DNA of 59,929 bases, filler included, from Basidiobolus ranarum (lineage: Eukaryota), in assembly GCA_040143965.1 (NCBI GenBank). It is 4 parts of 4 records of this genome, joined end to end, with 100 filler letters (N's around TTAATTAATTAA, not from the genome) between each part and the next. Parts side by side here need not be neighbours in the genome. Positions count along the whole stretch, not along the records: positions 1 to 14,953 come from JASJQH010007279.1; 3 more parts are not named here. One strand, written 5' to 3'. The translations under genes and the position numbers were made by a program. Each line of letters starts with the position of its first letter. Position 1 is the first letter of the stretch. Shown in pieces: positions 1 to 10,843 of this stretch. Below the pieces are notes generated by a model. It was not told the DNA's origin. It was given only the letters and a program-made list of their open reading frames with translations, and made no database searches.

Positions 1-176
1 TGAAAAATCTATATATCTGAGAACTTCTAAGTTGGTGTCAATATTCTAAGTAAATTCCGATTGAGAATAATTGATAATATCTTAGTGAGTTATAAGATAA
101 CTAAGTACTAAACTATATATGACTATATAGGTGTTTAGGCAATGCTAATTTCAACATCCACCACTTTTGCTTTTGC
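1..176 (-). mobile_element. Partial 3' LTR (1-156) plus polypurine tract (157-176) of a Ty1/copia-like retrotransposon
   Basis: 1-156 is the reverse complement of the 5' half of the repeat at 681-961 and 37555-37859. On the minus strand the LTR start TGTTGAAA is directly preceded by purine-rich GCAAAAGCAAAAGTGGTGGA (PPT-like). Confidence 0.7.
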
Positions 177-680
177 TATTATCTTCAAAACTTATATTTC
201 TTTCTTGTCACTTGATTAACTCTTGAGTACTCCGTAACCTCATTTTTTACCATAATATCATCATTGGGTGATAAGGTGAAAAAAGTGTAAAATTTTACTT
301 CTTGGTCACTGACTGATGTACTTCTTCTTGGCATAATTACTAGTATTTCCAAATTTGCTTCAGTGTATTGATGGCTAATCAAAGCGTTTTAGTTGGTTAT
401 ATATCTATCATATCATTTAAGGCTTGGTTTAAGGAGGTAAATACTTGTAATACACAAATAATATTGATGCTTGACTTCTGTACATACATACTACCTGCAT
501 CATGGTTGAATAATTATATAGTAAATATGATAGCTTTAATATCTTTTGTATCTCTTAAATAGTACAATACATATTCATATTTTAAGTACAACTAATTTTT
601 CACCCATGAAGAACAAATTATTAAATACAAGCTACATTTCCTGAATTCATGAACTACGATGCAACACTATATCAGTAAAG

Positions 681-961
681 TGTTGAAAATGACATCGCTT
701 AAGCATCTATATAGTCATATAGTTAGATACCTAAATTTCACTATTTTATTATGAGATATCTTCATGAGGAATTTACGCTCAATATTGAGACCAACTTCGA
801 AGATTATATGATTATCACAACCTTGTCCAAAAGACCCCCAAACTTTGTACTCTACACATTGGTTTATCTACTTCTTGACAAAAGTATAAATCGTCAAGTG
901 AAAACCATCAATTCTTCTAGTTCTCCAAACCACTTCCAACAACTCTCAAAATATTTCAACA
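681..961 (+). mobile_element. Solo LTR (~281 bp) with 5-bp target site duplication
   Basis: Starts TGTTGAAA and ends TTTCAACA (TG...CA, 8-bp terminal inverted repeat). TAAAG flanks both sides (676-680, 962-966). Homologous copies elsewhere in the window. Confidence 0.8.
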
Positions 962-966
962 TAAAG

Positions 967-1215
967 AAGTCAAGAGACTGAGAAGAAATACTTGATATTC
1001 ATGTTTGAGACCAGCAGCCGAAGTACTATAGTATACGTGGAGAATATCTGCTCTCTGAGATTGCACCGATGTGATATATTTATTTTGACGTACAATGAAA
1101 TTACTTGCGCCAATATTATCAGAAGTGTAATGCAGATTTGAGTTGCAATAGATACAGACCCTTGTGAGCTGCTTGTGTAGGTAGAATAGTTCGAAGAGAT
1201 ATACACTTTCCAAGT
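967..1215 (-). mobile_element. Decayed Ty1/copia RNase H coding fragment
   Basis: Across frameshifts it reads ESVYL..LF...IYCNS / SALHF..FHCTSK.IYH / REQI..DILHVYYST. This resembles the copia RNase H consensus (EA.WL, IYCDN.SA, FH.RTKHI..YHFIRE). Same strand as the PPT+LTR at 1-176. Confidence 0.6.
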
Positions 1216-1500
1216 TGATATTATTATAGCTTATTTTTCTAGATAATTATTCGGGAGACATATCGGCTAGAGTAAGTCGCAAATTGGAGTAAAATATTCA
1301 GACTTTATAAGAGGCATAATGAATGTAGATGGAAGTTGACGCCAAAGTAAAGCTTGATAGATACAGTCACCGATGTGTAAGTTTAAAGGACATAGAAATA
1401 ACGAACCAGGCTTTTAAGATACACCATAGTTTCGCCGCTTTTATAATATTCACAGAACGGAGAAATAGAACCACTTGCATATATCACACCCGTTGCACTT

Positions 1501-2272
1501 CTATTGAGATTGCTCACGCTCGTCAAGCCACGAAGTACAAAATTTACAACGTACGGCCTTTTTGCTAATAGAAGTGCGACAATATTTGCATTTTACTTGG
1601 GATTTGATAATTTCATCTCGTTGGAATATTTGAAAAACTGTTGAAAGGAGTCCAGGTTAGCCATGTAAAATAATGTTGCATTATGGAACCGCAAATACAT
1701 ACATCTTACAGTCCAAAATAGTGCGAAACTAAGAATAATGAAATTACTCATAACTTGAGCGAATCGACCGTAATTCCACGTTACTCCACCATCCGTTTGT
1801 GCCTGTTCGATTGTCTCATACGACATATTTGGGTTATGTCCATGCTTCAGAACAATGAAAAGATTTTCAAAGTTCGCTTTGCCTAAAGACACAGGTTACT
1901 CAAGAGTACATACAGAAGTGGTTTGGGTGCACAATAACTCACCAATTACAAGACCCAAAGGTGGAGTAAGAATATCGTTAACAAAAGAATTAATCAAACT
2001 AGAAAAAGCACCACCAGTAACCAGACCGACAGCCAAGCCTAATACGTTCCCATTATCAATGAATTCCTGAAAACTTGGTTTTAGTAACCTCCATGTCAAT
2101 GTAAACACTATCAACAAGCTTGCTCTTGACATATAGGCAAATAAGTTACCTTGAAATCTTCCCAAAATCCTCGGTCTGCTTTAGTGACTGACTCGGTACC
2201 ATGCATTAGGCCTGTACGGATATTTCTCTCTTGGTCGATAAGGAAGGGGTGTTCCTCTTCAAAGCGTGTCAT
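1501..2272 (-). CDS. mscL: Large-conductance mechanosensitive channel (MscL family) with C-terminal CxxC...CxxC zinc ribbon; 3 introns
   Basis: Spliced reading: MTRFEE...FWEDFKEFIDNGNVLGLAVGLVTGGAFSSLINSFVNDILTPPLG...NYGRFAQVMSNFIILSFALF...KCKYCRTSISKKAVRCKFCTSWL. GT-AG introns at ~2068-2149, ~1884-1942 and ~1638-1702 keep the frame. TAG at 1501-1503. Confidence 0.9.
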
Positions 2273-2984
2273 ACTGCTATAATTGATACTGTAGAAGGAA
2301 ATGGGAGGAAGTTAAGAATATAAATCCTTCTATAAGCATTGTGACTTGCAGTCATTGATTTCTGACGTGGGCATGACGATCGAATTCCCTAAATATATTT
2401 GAATCAAGTAATTGGTAATTTAAGTCCTCCCTGATGAGGTTGTATTTGAAAACTCAGGGGGTGCTTGTGGTGTTTAAGCCCAGATGACCCCTAAAATTCG
2501 GAACATTTCAGGAGGATATATATTAATTCTATCAAGCTTGACAAAATGGGTAATTTCTGTTCTCGAGGATGCATATAGATTACTGCATTACTTGTAGCTC
2601 ACATATTCTGTTTTGGAGATACTCATTTGAACTACCAATGAACAGTCATTTTTATCATAATCCCCCTATCATCACGTGTCTAAGGTTGGAGTAGATGTGT
2701 CAGATGCCAGAGTATTATCTATAACATCCACAAAATCATCCACTGGACTAGCCACTTAATAGTTACTGCCTTTATTCACATATATCACGTACAGGACCAA
2801 AAGCACACTCCTCAATTAGTCGGATTAATAAGTCGAATTTCAGCAAGTATCATGAGTCTCATATTCACTACTTACTTAAAATAGGTGGATTGCACGGATA
2901 TTTACATATAACAATAGTAGAGTTTATAGTGGAATGTACAAAGAGTATACATCGAGACTAAATAGACAATCTCGGCACGCTCTA

Positions 2985-3652
2985 TTACTGATTAAGCGGG
3001 CAGTCAAACTGAATATCCTTTGAAATGGTGGATTTAATACCTAGCCATAAGATTAGTGCAACACTTAGTTGGGCGCTATAGGAAACTACCAGCCGCCATT
3101 TGTTAGGTCCTGCAGTACCACATCGATCGAGTAAATCCTCATTGCTCAAAGGCTGGTATCAGTGGCATTCAATAGGATTCTCAAGAGCGAGATAAAATAC
3201 GTATAACAGGAGCATCAAGAGAACCCTGCGTAATCTTAATTCTTAGGTTGGTTCCGGAATAGTACCCCTGTTTTCAGTAAAGCTAAACACATGCAACTAA
3301 AGGATACTTAAGCGGATACATACATTGACTGTTATGTCGTCGATTTTGATTGGGGTTAAGTTTGGATTATATGTTCTGAAGTGGGGTTTCACATCAGGAA
3401 TTAGCACTTTGGTAAGCACTAAGATACTAGTAACTTTTGACTCGACCTCTTTGGTGGCAAGGTTAGGAACAGTAAATCCCTCAAGCGATACGTCAGGTAT
3501 TTCTCTGGGAATCAGGAGCAATGTCAATTCCTGCTTGTACAACAACTGCGCTTTTTAAGAGATATCGTAGAGATAACATAGGTTGATTGACTATCATCGT
3601 GATTATCGTCATTTTCTTCTAGGCAAGCCTTTTTTGTGTCTATTTCTGGCAT
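2985..3652 (-). pseudogene. Degraded LEA_2-like membrane-anchored protein
   Basis: Fragments PREIPDV, YNPNLTPIKIDDITVN|GYY, LLDRCG and IQFDCP resemble fungal LEA_2-domain proteins. One intron is retained. Frameshifts and stops break the ORF. Confidence 0.45.
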
Positions 3653-5517
3653 AGAAGTAATTCTACCACATACATTTATATATATAGTTTCAAGAACGTA
3701 CAAGACCATTAGATGTATTTATAGGTTTTTATCTATTACAATGTGGTAGCATTCATGATCTAGCTATTATGGGAAATTTACTGGTAATAATATCTCGGGA
3801 ATTACAGTTTCTTTCGTATGTATTTTCAATATTATAAATAATAATAATAATCTTGAATACAGGCCAATGGGAGGTAAATGTTCATCCACTATGCCAGAGA
3901 AATATAGATAATACAAGCATTTAGAGATTTCGCTAGTAGCCAAATAAACAGATACCGAATCTCCGATACTACATTATGAGTTATCAAACGCGAGATATTG
4001 TAGCCCTTGAATGTTTTGTGGAGACTACCATTTTACCACTTGATGGAGATTGCGGAATAGAGAGCCTTAGGAATAGCCTTAGTATAGCAGTTTGTGCTAC
4101 GCCTATGAAAGCCAGTTTCATCAAGTTCAGACAGCTTCTGATGTTGATTTCTGACTAACTATCCCCAACACTCCATCTGGAACATCTTCGTTAACAAACA
4201 AACATATGTAGGCTGAATGTACAAGTAACCAAGTAGCGATCATGTGTAATAAACATAAAGCGATACTATAGTTATATGATCTTTAGGACTAATTGGGTTG
4301 AAGAGATAGTAATGAATGAGCTTGAGTACCTTTACCAACGCGTGCATTGCATAGGTTTTTCAATATCTAGATAATGGCAATCAAACTTGGACTCATTATG
4401 TTAAGATTGGTATTAGTTGAAAATGATCAGGTTGGAGGGTCTGATAATGAAATATAGAGCCGCGTGGTTTTCGGATTACACCATTCAATATTAATTATAG
4501 GGTACTATCTGGCTTAATAAGACGGAATTAATACATCTCACCATGATGACAATTGTGAATATATTGCTTTGCAAGAGTTCTGGGGTGCTATTTGGGCAGA
4601 GTATGCAGTTGAATGTTTGCAGTCGATGAAAATTTCATAGGTTACGTGATCGACAATTTAGATTATATCATTGTTGCACTTACAGAATTGTTTGTAACCC
4701 CTTGCGCTTATACTGTGGGGCATAATATGGCTTTATTAGGGTTTCGAGTTTTATGACTGTAGTTATTATTGGCTAGAAGTTAGGATGGGCTGGACCTCAG
4801 TTGAACCAGCTAAATCCTTAAGACGAAGAAAATCGGATTCGACAATAGATAATTTAAGTGACCTTAAGGCCTATTGTTGCGACAATCATTTAAGCTTCTT
4901 GGGGGTGATTTAGTTTATTTCTTACCACCTTCCACGTCAGCATTTGTAACGCAACGAAATCCAAGGTCAGCATCCGTTGTACACTTCAATTCAAACACCT
5001 ACCTCACCATTCAGATATCCTTTCCAATCAAAAGTGATTTGATAATCTGTGTGCTATTTAATATATACAATTAAAAGTTATTTCGCTATGCTAAAAGCTG
5101 GATACCAATCAGTTTGAAGACGCGCATCATTTAAAGCCAAGCGCTGATTCAATCATTTATCATTATCCGCGTGCTTCGCCATAGTTGCTACTGTTGGTGG
5201 GAAGCCATTTCAAATATTAAATTATGAAGACCCGACATTTTATAAGCAGTACTAACAAATCAAGGAATATATTAAGTCAACAGATTATCTCATGACTTCA
5301 TTATGATAGTGTGGTATTTGGCTAAGATCCAAGTTACATCAGATAGATCTGTCTACCAACCAGATCAATGATACTTTGACAAGATGGCGACACAGTCTAC
5401 GAATCATAAGTGAATCCTTGGACTAGTATAAAAGGCTCTCAATCCTGATAGTTCGGTTGGTGCTAGTATATATCGCCATTTTCTACTTCGCAGGTTGCAA
5501 ATCTTTTCGCCACTCAA

Positions 5518-6304
5518 ATGAAGCTTACAATAATAGGTTGCATTTTGTATCTAGTATTGTGCTCCCAAGTTTATAGCCAACAAGGTAAACAGGTTAGCTT
5601 TTGCATTATCCTGGCTGGTTACTCAGCCTTTACTCCGATATAGGAACAACCACACCTTCACCGAATACCTCACTGTTGAGCAGCTCTGTTATATCATCAA
5701 CAGCTGTCAATTCGGATGTACCTTCGGGATCATTGTCTAGCAGTTCAGCTACACCAACTGGATCACCCGGTATGATTGTAATGCTGAACCCTGCCAATCC
5801 GGGAATTGATTCACCACCATATTTTGCAGTGGGCGAAAACATAACTTTTCGATGGAAGTACGACCAGGCCCTTCTAGTCGCGCCAAAAAACATCAGTATT
5901 ATCATTCAGAGACCTCAACAAAAAATAGAAGTTCCGTTGGCGTTAAACTTAAGTGGGTCCACTACAGAATATACATGGGTTACCTCAAACTGGTCACAAA
6001 CTGCTGCTCCTCTAATTGAAAGCAATGATTACCGCTTGAGAATTTTTGATGAACGTGGGTTAGATGCCAACCCAGAGCCTGGAAAGCTCTATCCACTAAA
6101 CATGGCCTTTTCTATGTATATACCCACTGGTTGGCAACGTTAGTAGCTTGTTTCTTTAATTTCTATCATATACTTCTACTAACTCGACACACAGCTTATT
6201 GCTCTGTTTGCATTAGCAGTGCCATGCCAATCTCTGAGCCATGGTTGTACTCTTCATTTGTGGCATTGTGTCTGTATATATACGTAAATGTTGACTTTGT
6301 CTAA
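5518..6304 (+). CDS. Secreted Ser/Thr-rich, probably GPI-anchored cell-surface protein; 2 introns
   Basis: ATG 5518 gives signal peptide MKLTIIGCILYLVLCSQVYS. Introns 5585-5643 and 6139-6194. S/T-rich stalk, conserved-looking beta domain (GENITFRWKY, YTW, YRLRIFDE), then CxxC and a hydrophobic C-terminus. TATAAAA at ~5428. Confidence 0.8.
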
Positions 6305-7030
6305 TCAACAAACTGTAAGAGCTGCCTAAAATCGATCTATTCATTTGTACAGAAGGGCTTGCCTCAATAAAATAAAAATCTTTAAACTAAAATCCTCATG
6401 CTCGTCATATTAGTTAGCGCAAGTTAAAGGTATAAGTTTACATTCATCATCTTAAACTCCAGAAATGGAAGATAGTTTAGCTAACATGTCTCAAATATGC
6501 GAATATCGGAACTCTTTAATATATTTGAATGAAATGCAGACTGACGTAGGAGGTAAACAATAGCTAGCATGTTTACCATCTTGAGCATATGCGGAATATC
6601 AACATCTTAAATGATCATCAAACCTGGTAGTTATATTTGTTCAAGGATATACAGAGTTTATTAATGCATCATCAATATTTCTAAATGAGGTTCTGAGTTA
6701 ATACTGACGAACTTGCAAATTGTATCACAAATTGACCGATAAACTTTCAGACTGCGCCATGACTGTGATAATGATGTGTTCAGCTGTTGCACGCAAATTT
6801 TAAATATTGTATTATACTTGAATGTGCTAAACAAATATAGCTCATTATTACCTCTTTCGTCAGCTATTGTAGTGGCATTTAGCCGGTGATCCTAATCACA
6901 TGAATAGAATCCCTAAATTGCGATATCACATGACCTGAAGTTCTGTTATGCTAACCTTCAGCCCTCTATAAATATATCAGTTGTTGCGCTCAACTCTCAT
7001 CATCTTCATTTGCTCTATTACTTAATCACT

Positions 7031-7287
7031 ATGGCAAACCTTACCTCTAACGAAATTCTGGAGCTCCTTCTCGCCTTGTTCCTTCCTCCACTTGCAGTGT
7101 TCTTAAAGCGTGGCATTAAAGTGGATTTTTGGATTAACCTCGGACTTACACTTCTGGGATGGATTCCAGGTAAGCAACATTATATAAGCTCTTGTTTCAA
7201 TGGAGCGTGCTTTTTAACATAAACATCATAGGTATTGCTCACGCTTGGTATGTGATAGTCAAACATCGTCGCGAGCCACATTTTTAA
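7031..7287 (+). CDS. PMP3: Plasma membrane proteolipid PMP3/UPF0057 family; 1 intron
   Basis: LLALFLPPLAVFLKRG...FWINLGLTLLGWIPG|IAHAWYVI. Intron 7170-7231. TATAAATA at ~6967. Confidence 0.92.
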
Positions 7288-8175
7288 TGACACTAAAAAA
7301 ACCCCGCTGGGGGGCTGTACTATCGCGATTGCAAAATAATAATTCCTTCACCTGCTAGTTCTTTAAATGGTTGTAATGGTCTGATACAACTAATACGTCA
7401 CTCCATACATTCTCAATGTAGTAAAGACATACGTTCACTCGTTATGATTCTTAGCGAATAAGCACTAACCAGAACCATCTTTACTAAATACAATAAATAT
7501 AATACTCCTTCACTGCCAGATATTATATTTCATCCATTGAAGAAACCACCTGGTTCTGCGTATAGCGTACTTGAAACCTCCTTCAGACGTATATTTGTCC
7601 GCGGGTATTGCTTTTGTACATATATCCTATTAGAAGGCATTTCTCAACATCAACGATACCCATTCTACGGTTATGACGTAACAATCGACTTGATGTATCA
7701 GCATTTTGATAATAGGAGAAATATATTATTTTACGCATCTATGAGTTTAAAAACCCCAAGGATCGAACTAATAAGTAACAGAAAAAGTTTGAACAGATTT
7801 GATTAACTTTACTAGATGTTTACTTCAAGCTTGTGTTATTAGTCGTTTCAATCTCTTGTATCAATATCCCAAGAGCTCCAAATGTTTAAATTGATAAACC
7901 TAGTTTTATATAATTGTCTCCGACTATTCTTTAAATCATCCAATACACTCCTATTCACAATTCTCAAATCACCTTTATTCTTTGCTAAATACTAGTAACT
8001 ATTGAAAGACTTTCCTCCATTTCTTTATGTTCCAAAATATACCTATTTTCCACATAATTTTTTTTCAACCTAGCCATTGAATTCCCAAAATTTTTTAGAA
8101 ACATAAGCGGGTCAATCCTTCAACCTAGCATCAAAAAGATTTTCAGCAAGAGATAAAGCTACTTGTAAGTCGGAA

Positions 8176-10470
8176 ATGTACCACCAGCCCTCTGAATCTT
8201 TTAAGGCAATCAGTTCTGAGGATGCTCTACTGGAGCTGGATATCCCGATTACCCTCAAATTCTCATATGAAGTGGGCACTGCTCCAGCAATTACAATGAT
8301 CCCTACTACAGAAAACGAGGTTGCTATCAGTACTTCATACTATCACAACATCGAGACTTTTACTTTCAGACTCATCCTTTAGCTTAAGTCTCTATACCTC
8401 AGACTCTTCGAAATGTTGAACTTGATTTCATCAGGTGCTCATTATTTCGAAAAATGATTTATCAGACTTGTGGAATAGGCGGGTACAACTTCTACTCTCT
8501 TGTTATTGTATATATATACTTAAATTTGCGTATATTTAGTTATCCACTTCTGGTAAATCCCCTTCCACAACTACCGAGAGCATATAGAACAAGGGTTTTA
8601 AACGTTCTGGGACAATGTAGAGAGTCGCACCCATAAAAAATTGAAACTACTTCATATCGAGACATCACCACCACACATTGTTTCACTCAGGTTCCAGAAG
8701 GAAGGCTACACTTGTTGTAGCTCTATTTAGCTCTATTTACGAATCCGAGGAATATGAAGTTTCCCCTCTCCTGGCTTCTATAGTGAATGATATTGAACCT
8801 GAAGTTATGTGGATTGAGATAATATCTCCAGCACTTGCATCCCCTTGTCTATCACCTACAATGGTTTCCCTGAACTTAAGCTTCCTTATGTGTTTGAAGA
8901 TTCCCACAACGAATCACTCTGTGATGAGCTAGAGAAAACCTCTACTGATACCTACTCTTTATTAGCGTGTCATGATCCTAAGCGCTCTCAAGAATCTCAT
9001 ATCATCCACCTTGTAATGGATGAGCTCCACTCACTTCCATTCAATCCCCAATCACATGCTTAGATGATGCTCTGCTAATACGCTTCAATATATTAGCTCG
9101 CTCATAATATTTACACTTAAATGCGATTTCATTGGACTTCTCCCATATTATCTGAGCCTTAAAATTGCCGATTTTCTGGACTCCAAAAGCATATGTCGAG
9201 GTTAGTCAGAAGTGACAAAATGCGATTGATTCAAACCCAACAACTTGGATGAATTTGATCCTGCGCGAAGGCCGCGTAATCGATGAAGAGGATGAGCGTG
9301 GTCTAGTAAGTCTTGATGGTGGCCAACATACTGATTCGACATATTCAACGCACAGCAACAATATGGAGCGTGCTTGGCTCAGTTGAAGGAAAGTCTGAAT
9401 TCATACCATTCCCTGGACACGGCCACTTGGCGTTACATGTTCACAGTTCGATTCCGAAAAAATAGTATCTGGCTCAGAATTTTAATGTCTACAAAATCAA
9501 AACAGGCAAGCTAAGAAATCATCTGGAAAGACATAATGACGGGGTTTAAGCTTTACAATATGTGGGTAATACCATTGTATCCGGATCTACAGATCGAACG
9601 GTCAGAGTTTGGAACATTGAACAAGGCTTATGCACACATATTACATGGATATACCAGTACTGTTCGTTGTTTACAAGTAATAATACCTACTAATGTGAAT
9701 CCCAACACAAATGGGAGTCAGGTATGGAACCACCATTTCCGGTGATAGTAACCGAATCTCGCGACTCAACTCTTCGAGTTTGGAGCCTCCTTTCACTGAT
9801 CGATGACACTCCATTTCTACTTATTCTTCATAATTATTCTACGAGCCAATACAACCTTAATCCGTTTTTGATGAATACCCTTACTGGTCATGCACACTCC
9901 ATTCGAGCCGTTGCAGGATATGATAATCTTGTCGTTAGTGGTAGTTACGATACTACGGTGTGCGTTTAGAACTATATGACTGGTGAAAATATTTGGTGAA
10001 TAGTTGGACACACTCAAGGAGTCTATAAAGTGGTTATGGATATAAAAAGGAAACTGTGTAGGAGTGGGAGCATGGATAGTACTGTACGCGTCTGGAATCT
10101 TGAAAACGGTAGTTGCCTACATATTCTTGAGGGTAAATTTAACTGCATATTTAGTTACCACATTTTGCCATGGAGTTAGTTATACTTTGTATGAATAGGG
10201 CATTCATCCCTTGTAGGATTGCTGAGCCTAACACCTAAATAGCTTGTATCTGCTATTGCTGATTCAGCTCACCGTATTTAGTCCCCTGAAGATGGAGTAT
10301 GTCTGAATGTGTTATCCTCTCATACTGGAGCAATTACATGCTTTTAGCATAGCGACGATAAAGTTATTCCTGGATCGGATAATACACACACTCAAGATGT
10401 GACATTCGGACTGGAAAATGCATTCAAGCTCTTCTTACCGGTTAATCAGGTGTCTGACAGGTCCAGTTTT
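8176..10470 (+). pseudogene. CDC4: Unprocessed pseudogene of F-box/WD40 protein CDC4/FBXW7
   Basis: F-box LKCDFIGLLPYYLSLKIADFLD (~9115-9185) and WD40 repeats (GHAHSIRAVAG..VVSGSYDTTV, GHTQGVY..SGSMDSTVRVWN, GHSSLVGLL, HTGAITCF). In-frame stops at 9967, 9997, 10240, 10279 and 10345, plus frameshifts. Intron 10133-10198 retained. Confidence 0.88.
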
Positions 10471-10843
10471 TTTACCACTCGAATGCTTATACATATAATA
10501 AGAAAGATATAAATAAGGCTCTATACGCAAAAAACACTCTTCAGGGAAAGCAAACAAATCAACTTGAACATCGGTTTATTTATTTAAGTTAATCGAGTTA
10601 CTACCACCTCAATATTTTACAATTAGGATATACATACAATGGGCCAACCCAAGTAAAGAAATGAATGGTATTGATCGCTGAACTCCATTCATGATGACCA
10701 AAGATTCTCTTCGCTGAGTGGATAAAATAAACTTCGTTCCAATAAAGGGTATGCATATTATCAAGTGTATTATTAAACAATGGACAAAAATTTAGTTTGC
10801 AATCAAGAGCAACGATTAATATAAATGAATCCAAAACTGTGGA

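Noticed and set aside
970..1206. LINE RT 'QGSV' motif in one minus-strand frame
   Set aside because: No YADD follows, and the other frames fit copia RNase H much better.
9967..10347. Stop-codon reassignment, readthrough or RNA editing rescuing CDC4/BUB3
   Set aside because: Stops are of all three types and are accompanied by frameshifts and deletions. Intact genes here end in TAA, TAG and TGA normally.
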